NCBI GenBank assembly: GCA_963693365.1
Contig: CAVNZM010000006.1
Span: forward strand, 6,303,264 to 6,367,263
Direction: 5' to 3'
DNA from: Amoebidium appalachense
Taxonomy: Eukaryota > Protista > Ichthyosporea
DNA: 64,000 nt
Each line of letters opens with the position of its first letter. Position 1 is the stretch's first letter. The position numbers were made by a program, and so were the translations under genes. This document shows positions 43,509-64,000 of this stretch, in pieces. Below the pieces are notes generated by a model. The model had not been told where the DNA came from. It did no database searches and worked only from the letters and a program-made list of their open reading frames with translations.

Positions 43509-44452
43509 TGCCATAGCCGGCATCCATGGCATTCCAACCCTCCTGAGGGCACTGTACATCCCCTCCCTAGAACACCATTTGTTTTGGCCCCGCTCGATCC
43601 CGTTACCATTTATAGCTAATTGATCCACTCGATTATAATTATTAACCAATCCTAGGGGATGGTCTAATAAAATAATTTCGTTCCTTATAATATTTTCCCT
43701 CCCTAGCGTAAAAATGGAAATTTATTTATAACTGCAAATCGAATTAGATACCTCCTCCGAGTCTTTCGAAATGCACCCACGGTCAATAAAACAACACAAC
43801 CAATTGCAAAGGGGAGGGGAGGGGTTTCTATCTCGATTGTTGTTCTTTTGAGAGTTAGACATCGATGTACGTACATGTCACAAGTTCATAATGACGGACG
43901 CCACGATGTGGCATGCAAATCTCACACGGAGTAAATAATAAGGGGGTTGAGGGGGGAAAGGGGGTTGCATGCTGCATATTCTTTGATATTGCGCTGCTAT
44001 ATATTAGATGAACCCCTTTGAGATAAGGAGCGTGAGCGCAAGAGGGCCTCACGAGATACCCCACATACAAGGCTGTTTCAAACTCAAAATTTCGTACTTT
44101 TATTTACGCAGGAATATTGATAATTCCGTATGTGTCCCTGTGCAAAGCTATCATGCTCGTAAAATATTTGTGATACCTAACACTAACCTAAATGAATACC
44201 GGTATTTCCCGTAGGAAGAAAAGCGGATAACGCAAACAAAAAATTGAGGGGGAAAAAAGGAGGAAAAAAGGGAAAGGTTAAAAAAAAAAAAAAAAAAAAA
44301 AAAGTGTGTGAAAACGGCATACAAGTACTAAAACAGAAAAGACACACACAACTTTAGAGGGAAAAATAAGTTCGAAACGAGGCCATACGAGATATTAGCT
44401 CTATGACCAAAAACTAAAGCCGGGTTTATATCCACTTACTTACTCCTCTTTC

Positions 44453-44771
<319 letters not shown>

Positions 44772-44898
44772 GGAAAAAAAAGGAAAAAAAAAAAGAAGAA
44801 GAAAAACACGCTAATCCGGAAGGCTGGTTGGTGAAAAAAAAGACGAAAAAAACGGAGTCTAAAACCGGGGGAAAATCCCCATCCGTCTGAGCCTGTAC

Positions 44899-52175
<7,277 letters not shown>

Positions 52176-53682
52176 GTTGGTGGTTTTTAGTTCAACCGCA
52201 GCTAGGTGAAAGGTGGGCAGATTTTGGAGACAACTCGTTTCACTTCCAAACGAGAGACGGGTGTGTTTTGGTGTTAGCAACCGGCTAAATGTGACTGCTT
52301 TTTTGCCCTCACTCAAAAGATATTGACTAAATAATACGTGATCTGTAACGAATGAAAATGATGAAACTTCGGAAGTCACAAGAGTCAAATGGCACAGTGT
52401 GACCCGTTGGGAACAGCACACTAGAGTGGTGATAGCAAGTAAGTAAAAAAACAAAATAGGATAATGCTGGGATAAAACAATAGTTATACATGTAGTTGAA
52501 AATGAAATTTATTTTAAATCCTTCATAACCTTGTAAATTGAATGTACAGTGCTTGAAAACTTGCCTCAGGGACCGGTTGAAAAACCGGCGAATCATCCTG
52601 TGGCCAGAAGAGCCATTGCTGCCGTTTTCTACAGCCAATCAGAGCCTACTGAGGCAAATCTTGCCTTTTCAGGCAAAAAGAAAATGCTGAGTTCATTTCA
52701 GACATGTTTTCCGCAAAGCGCCAGCCGGAAGCTGGGGGGCTGCTTGAAATCACATGTATAAGCGTGAAATAATGGGTTGATGTTGGTATAACGTCATGCA
52801 GGGAGACGCCGACTGAGTGAATTTAAACTGCTCCACTGGTTAACCCAAGTCGCTGTTATGGCGGTGCATGCTGATGCTCGGACTCGGAGCTGATCATGAG
52901 ATGATGTTCGGCAGTCGCTGCTGCACATTCTGTGAAACCAAAATGGAAACATTGCCAACTGGATGTAACAATATTGTCAAATATTCACACCAAGCTTCAT
53001 GTACTTGTATGTAATGGGCGTTCTTCCATATGCAGATCATCGGCCTTCCCACTATCACGAACGCCCCCCTCCCCACGCTCCCCCCCCCCCCCCCCCCCCC
53101 CCCCCCCACCAACACACACACATCCTCCTCCCCACCCCCACCCCCCCACACCCCCCCCCCCCCCCTCCATCACTCCACTTGACATCCCGTCCTCTCCCCG
53201 CCTTCCCGGCCTCCATCCTGAGCCCTTGCATTCCCCGACTCCTTCCCTCAAATTCGAACTCCCCCCCCCCCCCCCCCCTCCCCCCCCCTCCCCCCTCCCC
53301 CCCCCCCCCCCTCTCTTTCCTCCCTCTTTTTGCTCCGAGGCTCTCCCATCGTCGTCGGTCCTCCAATTCAGTGCCTGCACCGTCACCATGCACGTACAAA
53401 ACGCATAAGCTCATTCCTTTTACATACTCGTCTTTCCATTTTTGATGGTTCCCCCATACTTTGGTGCAGTAATACAACTAGGAGTGCCTTAAAGGTTGTA
53501 TACAGTTGGATGCCACAAGTACCCCCCCCCCCCCCCCCCCCCCCCCCTCTCCCCCCCCTCCCTCCCACCTACCCGCCCCTCCTCCTCCTCCCCCCCCCCT
53601 CCCCCCCCCCCCCCCCCCCCCTTTCCTGCATAAGTATGGTTTTTTCTCCACCATTTTGTTTTCTTTTTTCTTTTCTTTCTTC

Positions 53683-53737
<55 letters not shown>

Positions 53738-54187
53738 GGGGGGGTTGCAATTGGCAGCACTTGGTACTAACACCAGCGCAAACAGATCTTGAAAAACTGG
53801 TGGCTGCAACTTACATAACGTAGTTCGGGCAAATATTACTATTATGATATTAATATTATTAAGTTTATTAATATTATGATATTAAAATTATTCTGATTAT
53901 TACTATTATGATATTAATATTATTATGATTATTAAAGTGTCTGTATTTTAAATACGGGTTCTGTCTGTATGGTTGGTTGGTAGAATCGGCTGCATATGTA
54001 TGGGTCTGGTAACCTACCCGAAAGGCAGCCTGGTTTGGCAAAAAAGCAAAAATAACTTAACTTTAATAAAATGTGAAAGTAAACATAAGTGTTTGAAACG
54101 GACAGTGGGGGTGGGATTACGGAGTGTGGGTAGGGTGCGTGCGTGTGCGTGTGTTTAGTGTGTGCGTGTGTGTGCGTGTGTGCGTGT

Positions 54188-54218
<31 letters not shown>

Positions 54219-54419
54219 GGGAAGAGGGGAGGGGGAAGGGGGGGAATGGCTTAATTCCAATGCCATACAGATGACGTGGTTTGTCACACCCAGCAAACCA
54301 TCCTGCAACTGACTGATAATTTGTAATAGGGGTGATGATGGTGAGGGGAGGGGAGGGGGAGGGGGGAGGGGGGAGGGGGGAAAAGGGTGGTGGGGCACGC
54401 GACTAACCGGGGTGGGTGT

Positions 54420-54472
<53 letters not shown>

Positions 54473-55058
54473 GGGGGCAGTGGGTGGTAGTGGTGTGTAC
54501 ATGTACAGGTTTGGTTGTGGAAAGATGGGGGTTGGGGGAGCACCATGGGGTGGGGAGGCAGGGGAGGGGGGGGGGTGGGGGGGGAAGGGGGGGGGAAGGG
54601 GGGGGGGAGACATTCAAACCGGCACGTGCACGGGAGAGCCTTGCAGTGTGATGTCGAGGAATTTGGGAACCTTTTTCTTCTTCGAAGGTCTTTTTTTTTG
54701 TTTGCTTGGTTGGGGGGGGAGGGAGGGGGGGGGGGGGGAGGGGGGGGGGGAGAGAGGAAGGGATGACCAGGGGAGGGGAGGGGGGAGGGGGGAGGGGGCT
54801 GGGAGAAAAGGATGGCTTTTATTGGCGGGGGAGGTGGGGGGGAGGGGAGGGGGAAGGGGGGAGGGGGGGGACAACAGATACTTTTGCACGGAGCAATTTT
54901 CGGTTTGGAAGATTCTCATGGTATTAATGTCCTTGTGGAAATTACATATAAGTATAGGTTCAAATTCAAAATTTTGGTGCCTAGCCTATATAGTGGATGT
55001 TTGTTTATTTTCTTGGAGATTTTATCAGCTAAAGGCTGTAAATTTTGGTTTTTGTCCG

Positions 55059-55095
<37 letters not shown>

Positions 55096-55374
55096 GCATG
55101 GTTTACTAAGTTATGGCAGCCAACGAAAGCCGACCTGCAGTCCCGTTAAACCCCACGTTCCCTTCCCGGAGGGGGGGAGGGGGGGGCAGGGGTGCATTGG
55201 TGCCGCCATATTCAAGAATTAAGATTGGAGAGCATTCGAACCCATGTGACGGTATTTGACCGAGAGAGCCGCGTCAGCATAGAAGGGGTATGCATTCGGT
55301 GACCCTTGCTTCATATGTTCATAAAACAATTGAAAAAGTAGGAATATTGCGATGCTCAATAATATTTGTATGGA

Positions 55375-55442
55375 CCAATAATTCGCGCGCGATTGCACCA
55401 ATTAGCCAATTATGGAAAATTTTGGCGGGAAGTTTTGGCGCC
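55375..55442. promoter_or_regulatory. Promoter-like cluster of three CCAAT boxes and two E2F-like sites
   Basis: CCAAT near 55375, 55398 and 55406; TTTGGCGGGA at 55421; TTTTGGCGC at 55433. No target gene identified. Confidence 0.35.
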
Positions 55443-55847
55443 CCCCCAAAAAAAAAACAAAAAAAAAAACGATTTTATAAAACAACAAAAAAAAAAGTAG
55501 GAATATAACTCACGACTATGCGGCTTTGTCTTGACAGCATACAAAGAGAAGGTCAACCTACATCCGTAAAAATCTTTTTTCCTTTCTTTATTTTTTTTTA
55601 ATATGACTATATTGATGCTCTCGGGGTTTACGCTGTCCTCTTCAAAATAGAAGCAATTGAGATATCACAGATATCTCAGTAATTAGATACAATAATCTGT
55701 CACTCTCGGACACGGAGCAAATAACGACCTAGATAATCATAAACCCGAGAAAACATTTTATTAATTTGAGTGTTTACGAGAAAAAGGCTCTGTACAAAAG
55801 TGACACAAACATTTATGAAACAGAAATTACAAATAAATTTCTTGTGG

Positions 55848-55905
<58 letters not shown>

Positions 55906-56019
55906 CTCGAACTCCTAGGGGGGACTCATCAGCACATTTTTTTTGTGGCAGGGGGGACTCCAGATCTTATGGCAGGGGGGATATCCGCTAAGTTGCAGTT
56001 GCGGAAAAGCATGTGTGTT

Positions 56020-56083
<64 letters not shown>

Positions 56084-56349
56084 CGTGTGAGCGTGTGCGT
56101 GCGTGCGTGCGTGCGTGCGTGCGGGCGTGTGTATGTGTGTGTGTGTGTGTGTGTGCACGTGTTCACATGGTTATGTGTGTGCACGTGTGTAGGTATTTAC
56201 TGTCTGGGCAAGTATAAAATTGTGTGTGTGTGTGCACGTGATCACCTGAGTATATATGGTGTGCATTTTTCGGTATGCATGTGTGTGCAGTGCACGTGTT
56301 TTAGTGTGTATGCGTGTATACGAACGCCGGTGCCATAATAAGCGAAAGG

Positions 56350-56393
<44 letters not shown>

Positions 56394-56575
56394 TGTGCAC
56401 ATGTACCTGTGTGTGTTGTGTGTGTGTGTGTGTGGGTGTGTGTGTGGGTGTGTTTATGGCCTTCCGGGGGGGGAGGAGGGAGGGGGAGGGGGGGGGGGAG
56501 GGGGGCAGTTCTACTAGTAATTCAGACAGCCCGCATTGGGAGCATCTGATCTTTCTGTGTACGTGCGAGGGGTGG

Positions 56576-56606
<31 letters not shown>

Positions 56607-57341
56607 TGAATGGGGTTGGAGGGAGAGGGGAGGAGGTGGGAACTACTGATAATCTTAGCTTGTATACACACAGGACTGCAATTTGTTTTCTGTTTTTTTT
56701 GGGGGTTTGGTAAAGAGGCTTAATACTATAGTTGTTGTTGGGGGGGGGGGGGGAGGGAGGGGGGGGGGGGGGGGGGGGGGGGGGGTTCGGCTTGAAAACA
56801 TTGTACGACTTTTTGATCATCAACGAAAACAGAGAAAGAAAAAATAATCGAAAGAAACAAATGAAAAAAGAACAACAAAAAACTGTAAGGAGAAGCTGGC
56901 CCACAGATGTTCGAAAGGGAAGTCACTGAGGAAACAAAAGAAATAACCCCGAAAGTTTATTCCCACATGGAATTTTGAGAATTTGTTGCCATACTGCCGG
57001 GCCTCCTGTCTACACTGTTCCCAACAACAAACAAGCAAACAAAACAAACAAAACAAACAAAACAAAAAGGAAAAAAAAAGGAGAAACAAAACACAGCCAA
57101 TGCTTTCGAACACGCTATCCAAGCAGCCCTGTCGTTAGTGCCATATGCGAGCATTTTAATTTCCCAACCCTGCATATATGCATCGGATGCAATAATATTA
57201 AGTAGAGGATATCTTTGAAAGGGAAACCTAAAAACTGGAAAGCAGAAAAATCTTGGGGCTTTCTCTCTCTCTCTGTGTGTGTATGTGTGTGTGTGTGTGT
57301 GTGGTGGTGGTGGTGATGGTGGTGGTGGTGGTGGTGGTGGG

Positions 57342-57375
<34 letters not shown>

Positions 57376-57988
57376 CTACAGAAACTCATAACATGTATGT
57401 ATTCAGTAAGGATAAGCTGTACCTATAGTAAGTCATTCAGACACCCTGAACTTAATTCCCAAATTTAGACTGAATTCCTACAGACTACGAATTTATCATG
57501 ATTGATTACAGCAATCGATTGGTTTAAAGTCTAACAGCATAAAAGCCTGATTACCAACACCGCATGAAATACGGTCTCTTATGGTTAAGGTGCACCTATG
57601 AAATCAATAATCGAGAAAATCAAAACCTCAAATCCACTCTATATTATAGCACGCGAGACGCCCAAATGAACGATGTTGTTATTATCAGCAGCTATATCCT
57701 GCGATTAATCCACAGCATTCGATATACCCAATCGCATGCTGCTATCCAACTGCAGCACAAAACCACGGCCATCTAGAGTCTCTAGATGGCCGTGCGAGAC
57801 TCTAGATGGCCGTGCACAAAACCTAGCCCCCAAAATACTTCCTCCCATTGTATCATTAACAGGTGAAATACTTTGGATTTGTGTCATGTTATCCAAAAAT
57901 AACACTGCATCTATCAGTCTATCGGGAAAGACCCGCTCTCATTCTATCCTTATATTATCAGGTGAGATATCCGAATTTCAAACTATTA

Positions 57989-58216
57989 TCAAACCGTTAC
58001 GGCGACATTGGCGCTATCGGGATATACCGGCCTGTCTTTCAGCGGCACACACCCTTCTAGTGCCTTCTCGTAGCTTGGAGGGAAATGGTCCACTAGCATG
58101 GAATCTGAAAGAACAATCTTGGAAAATTGTTCCGGTTTACTGCGGGTCATTTTGTAGCAAATCCCTGTGCGCTGGTCCGTAGTGATAGGCTCAATGTAAT
58201 ACACCTGCACGTGTGT

Positions 58217-58268
<52 letters not shown>

Positions 58269-58778
58269 GGGGGTAAGTGTGTGTGTGTGGGTGTGTTTGT
58301 GTGTGTGTACGTGTCTGTGTGTGTGTTTGTGGGTGGGTGGGTGGGGGGGGGGGGGGGGGGGAACAAGTGTGTGCGTGCGTGCGTGTGTGCGTGTGTGTGT
58401 GTGTGCCGTGTAAATGTGTGAGTGTTCATGTGTGTGCACGTGCGCTCGTGTGCACAAGCCAGTCTATAGCTAAAGGACGGGGCAAAAGAGGAGAAAGGAA
58501 GGGAAGGAGAGATCAGCGGTGAGCAAATGCGCCACGGGGAGGGGGGGGCGAAGAGGGGGGGAGGGGGGGGGGGGGGGGAGGGGGTTGAATGCATTACAGA
58601 GTACGAAGCCCACGTTCCCGACGATCAGCACAGACACAAACGAGTATGCATCACAAGTAGAGCCCGTCATCAAAAGGGGGCATGGGGGGGAAGAGGGGAG
58701 AGCGGGGGGGGGGGGGGGGGGGGGAGGGGGGAGAGTGGGGATATATATATATATATATCGCGAGAGCTAGAGCGAGAG

Positions 58779-58813
<35 letters not shown>

Positions 58814-59037
58814 GAGGGAGGGAGGGAGGGAGGGAGAGAGAGAGAGAGAGAGAGAAGAAGAAAGAGAGGAGAGGATGAGAAGAAGAGGGGGAAAGATAGA
58901 AAGATAGAGCGAGCAAGCGAGAGAAGGAGATGGAAAAAGATAGAGAGATAGAGCGAGAGAGAGAACCAGAGACGAGAGCAGGCAGAAGAAAAGAACCAGG
59001 TGTTCAGTGGTGGTGGTGATTGGAGAAGTGTGGAACG

Positions 59038-59072
<35 letters not shown>

Positions 59073-59197
59073 ACACCCCCCATCCCCCCCCCCCCCCCAG
59101 CAGGGCATAAAGGGAAGGCAGGGATGGGTTTGCTTACGGAGCCAGGCACGTAGATTTTCTCGGCGGGTAGCAGATGGAAGTTTCTCATGTCGATAGG

Positions 59198-59276
<79 letters not shown>

Positions 59277-60264
59277 CGCGCTCGCCCATGGGCGGAGAAA
59301 GAGGGGGGGGGGGGGGGGGAGGAGGAGAGAGGGAGAGGAAGGGGCCGGGGAGGTTAGAATGTGTCATAGAATACGACGTACACATTCACCATGGACAACA
59401 AAATGAAAAGGAGAAAACATAAAGAGTATTGCAATAAGCAGCGCCCATCCTCCGGGGGGGACAGGAGGGGGGGGGGGGGGGGGGGGGGGTTAAAGGGAGC
59501 ACGAAGGGTAGGCATATGGAAGAAAACTGAAACTACCAGTTCCCGACAGTGATAAAACACGAGCCAACCCTCAATCCGCCAAAGTAGGTAGAATCTCTTA
59601 CAATAACACAGAGTAGATAACCAAAGTTCTTTTCGTTCTTCACGGGTTTGAACCACTGTGCCACTTCTGGTCTATGTGTAGACTAGGTATGGTCTCACAC
59701 TTAACAGCACATTGTGCGGGGCAAGAAAACCGTGAGGGGGCGGGGGGGAGGGGGGGAGACGCAGATTGGGAGAGAGAGTGTGGGAGGAGGGGGGGAAGGG
59801 TGGGTGGGTTGACACGGTGAGGAGAGGAGTGAGATTGATTGAGTGGAGTTTGAGTGTGTGTGTGTGTGTAATGGAGGGGGGAGGGGGGAGGGGGGGGGGG
59901 GGGAGAGGGGAGGGGGGAGGTTATAACCAAAGGGTGCTGCACACAAAAGATGCAGGGCACAGAACGGCATAGAAAAATGCACTTGTACATCGGTGGGATA
60001 GTGTGATGGTGTTAGGGTGTTGTGATGGTGGGGCTATGGTTATGGTGGTGTAAAAGTGGACTGGTGGTGTAATTTCTGTGGAGCACTGGTGTAATTATGG
60101 TGTTGTTGTTAAGGTGGTGGTGGTGCAGTGGTATAATTGTAGTAATCGTGTTGGTGTAATTATCGTGGTGTAGTCTACGTTGTGAAGTATGGTGGTGTTA
60201 AGGTGGTGGTGGTCGTGTGCATGTGTTTAGAGGGGAGGGGAGGGGCAGGGGAGGTGGGCGGCCT

Positions 60265-60295
<31 letters not shown>

Positions 60296-60413
60296 GGGGG
60301 GGGAGGAGGAGGTTCAAACCTTATGCTTAACGATATCGTGTAGCCGTGTCTCGATAACGGAAGGCCCCATCTTGGCTACTTCAAGAAGCTGACCAGTAGC
60401 AACGTGCATTAGC

Positions 60414-60466
<53 letters not shown>

Positions 60467-60503
60467 AGCGTTTGAAATCTTCCCCCCCCCCCCCCCCCCC
60501 CCC

Positions 60504-60540
<37 letters not shown>

Positions 60541-61113
60541 CTCTCACGCACACACACAAACCACACACACACTCACTCTCTTTCTCTTTGTGTGTGTGTG
60601 CAGAAAATCACAAACGTGACAACCACGGGTGGGAGTTGGAGAACTCACTACGAGTCCGTGCTTTTTTCGTCCCTATCTTTGCAAAAGGTACCAATGTAGT
60701 GGCTTTAATGGGGATGGTGGTGGTGGTGTTGGAGTTAGACGGATGTATACGAGTATCAGCCAAGAAGAAGGTGCGTGCCTCCCGACCCTCCCCGCTCCCC
60801 CCACCCCCACCCCCCACCCCCTGCTCTCCCTTTACGTACTCCTTCCCCATTTCCCTGAATCGCGCGTTCCCCTTCTGCCATCGTGAATGTGTGTTCGTGT
60901 TGTTATGGTGGTATTCATGCCTCTGTGTGTGTGCATGATTGTGCAAGTGTGCGTACTTGTACGTGCAGGTGTGGTGTGTGTGCGCACATGCATGTGCATG
61001 TACTTGTACGTGTAATAGTTGTAGTAGTGGTGTGTGTGTGTGTGTGTGTGTGTGTGTATCTGTCTGTTTGTGTGTGTCTGTGTCTGTGTCCGTGTATGTG
61101 TATATGTATGTCT

Positions 61114-61184
<71 letters not shown>

Positions 61185-61449
61185 CGTGTGCGTGCGTGTG
61201 TGTATGTATGTGTCTGCATGTCGATGACGTTTCGTTGTGTGTGTGTGTATGAGAGCATGCACAGGCGCACGTGTGTGTGCATGTGTGTGTGTGTGTGTAC
61301 GTGCACGTGTTTAATACGTACACTGCTCTGGGGGTCCATCTGGTCCATGAGCCACCGTGCCGTGTGCTTGAGATCAGTCACGTGCCCGTACGACAGACGG
61401 CACACTAGGTCGTCCCTCTGCACCACACACACACACACACACCACATAG

Positions 61450-61482
<33 letters not shown>

Positions 61483-62122
61483 CAGATACACATGCACACA
61501 CACACACACATGCAGATACACATGCACACACAACACACACACACACGCACAAAATGTCAATTCAAGGACGGGCAGATATCCAACCCCCCCCCCCCCCCCC
61601 CCCCCCCCCTCCCCCCCCCCCCCCCCCCCCGCCCCTCCTCGCTCGCTTCCACCTCCCCGTCTTCTTCCGCAAGGGGTTAGATTGACCTCATTGTCCAGTA
61701 AACCCTCCCCCCCCCCCCCCCCCCCTCCCCCAACGCAACGTGCTCCAACACAGATACATGCATAAACACCTCATTACATTGTTCTATGGGGGCCATTATC
61801 TTTGCTTCTGCTATTTTTGTTGGGTTTCGACGTGCCCCCCCTCCCCCCCCCTCCCCCAACCCCCACCCCCCAACACACACTCCCCCCCATCCCCCCCCCC
61901 CCCTCTCCCCCCCACACGCACACACACCCTCCTCCTCCTCCCCAGTGCACCCTTGATGTATGTTTTCCATCGCGTTCAAACCTTTAGAAATTGGAGCGAC
62001 TTGTGAGCCAGGCTCTTAGTTGTGGAGGGGATGGATAGGTGGGTGAATGTTTTCTGTTTTTTTGTGGTGGGGGATGGAGGGGGGTGGGGGGTTAATTTGA
62101 GGAGGTTGCTGGTCATAGCGGC

Positions 62123-62193
<71 letters not shown>

Positions 62194-63327
62194 GTGTGTG
62201 TGTGTGTGCATGCGTGAGAGGGGGGGGGGGGGGGAGACAGGGAGAGAGAGAGTGAGAGAAAGAGGGGGGGGGGGGCAGAGACAAAGGGGGAGGGGGGGGG
62301 GGAGGGAGGGGGGTTAGCCCTTACGAAAACGAAAGAAGATACCAGTGCCTTCACTCTCCAATTGTTTGCTGTGGTGATGTCCAGAGTGCCCGGTGGGGCA
62401 AATGCATAGCTGAAAATGCAAGAAGTGAATATCCCGTGTGGAAGCAGTAATATGGAAGTGCCCCGGTGCAACTATGGCATCACTTGAGACATATTTAAGA
62501 TAATTTAGGGGGAAGAGGAAAAGGTTTTACACGTAGATAGTAGAGCATTAGATTGATTGAATATTTCAGTTCTTCCAGCTGAATATTGGGGGAGGAAAAT
62601 AGGCTTCACACGCAGATGGACAGTAGAGCACGCCATTATATGAATATTTCAGTTCTATGAACGACTATTAGAGTGAGACGAGGGATTCCACGAGCTAATG
62701 CATATATGAGCCCGATGGGGCAAATGTATGCGTATCTGAAACGCAAGAAGCGAGTACTCCATGTGCAAACGGTACTATGGATGCCTGTTATAATGCAACT
62801 GCGACACCACTCAAGACATTTTCCAGCTGGATGTGGGGGAAGGGAAATGGTTTTATACACAGACAGATAGTAAGGCTTCTGATTGAACGAATATTTCGGA
62901 ATATTTCGGTTCTATGAATCACTATTTGACCGCCGGAAACAAGGGGTTCCTTGAACTTATGCATGGTGCGCTCGAAATGTGGGGAGACACAACTGTTTCT
63001 ATTTCCTAGGCTAGCAGCACCATGATTGATTGTCCCGTTACACTTTCGCAAAATCAACGATTCATTTTTGCTTCAGTAAGTTATGGGGGAGATATAAACG
63101 CTTTAGCAGGCAGAAATAACAGGTCCGTCTCTAATAAATACTCTAAGGCAAACGTTACTATGGATCATTATCACAGTGCACCTTTGGCATTGCTGAGTTA
63201 ATGTATATATGAGTGCAAATTACACGAATGTGTATCACACAGCTGACACCACGAACATCCTAAACCCCAAACATGGTATCTCACATTAGACCACACGAGC
63301 CGGTTCAGCTGCCGGACCAAGGTGTGT

Positions 63328-63413
<86 letters not shown>

Positions 63414-63460
63414 CCGCTTGCACACGTGCGTGTGTGTGTGCCCGTTCCGCCGCTGCGCCC

Positions 63461-63518
<58 letters not shown>

Positions 63519-63647
63519 ATGTGTGTTTGCATGTGCATGCCATTTCCCACCCGCATACCAGTGCATGCGCAGTGCCGGATGCTTCTCAGCGTAGATGAGT
63601 GCCAACAGCATGGCCGTACCTGCCCCAAGGCTATGCCCCACAATAGT
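57989..63647 (-). CDS. Class 3 lipase, diacylglycerol lipase-like; 3' part only, 5' end beyond the window
   Basis: In-frame exons 63647-63559, 62409-62325, 61417-61322, 60415-60320, 59197-59138 and 58204-57989. Motifs [11 protein letters not shown] (Ser), [16 protein letters not shown] (Asp), [18 protein letters not shown] (His). Confidence 0.9.
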
Positions 63648-64000
63648 CTTTGAAGAAAAAAGAAAGAACGTGGTCAGACCCAAAAAATAACAATAATAAC
63701 ACCATAAGCAGCCCGTTGAACCCCCCCCCCCCCCCCCCCCCCCCCCTCCCCCCCCCTCTCCCCCCCCCCCCCCCCCCCCCCTCAACCCAACACACACTCA
63801 CACTAAACTCCGCATCCCCCCCCCCCCCCCCCCCCCCCTCCCCCCGTCGCCGCCGCCCGCCCGCCCCTCCCTGGCTCCGCCCACACCCTTACACATTGCT
63901 TTGACACCTTTTGCAAGAAGAAATGCAACACTTGATCAGAACAGGTCTGCCTACCTCTAAACCCTAGTTTGAATGGTCAAAATACAAAATCAAGGAAAAA

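Noticed and set aside
55228-55275. B-box-like GGTTCGAAT on the minus strand
   Set aside because: No A box or cloverleaf.
62533-62925. Three diverged copies of GAATATTTCAGTTCT-containing sequence; also 26416-26468 vs 26682-26735 and AT-rich 53834-53935
   Set aside because: Ordinary local intronic or intergenic duplications, or artefacts, with no functional signal.

Overview
Eukaryotic, intron-rich genomic DNA dominated by simple repeats (poly-G/C, (CA/TG)n, (CT/AG)n). Most ORFs in the supplied track are translations of these repeats. The organism cannot be identified from the sequence; gene content fits a unicellular opisthokont-like eukaryote (inference). Splicing by hand at GT-AG sites gives: a minus-strand TPR gene running off the left edge, with a possible CUE-domain exon upstream; two tandem, intronless secreted S1A serine proteases with Tyr/Pro/Thr repeat tails, both with the same 1-nt frameshift just after the catalytic Ser; a head-to-head pair of 3-exon class-C-GPCR-like genes with an apparent extra N-terminal TM helix; a complete 8-exon cathepsin D-like gene; and the last 6 exons of a DAG-lipase-like class 3 lipase running off the right edge. 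Also present are several MITEs, a tRNA-like relic and a 70-nt intronic hairpin. The strongest candidates for new biology are the intron architecture (CA tracts in place of the polypyrimidine tract, sometimes with complementary GT tracts at the other end, plus sense-strand C runs) and the shared protease frameshift. Some segments next to poly-G look like assembly artefacts, so homopolymer-based claims need read-level checks.
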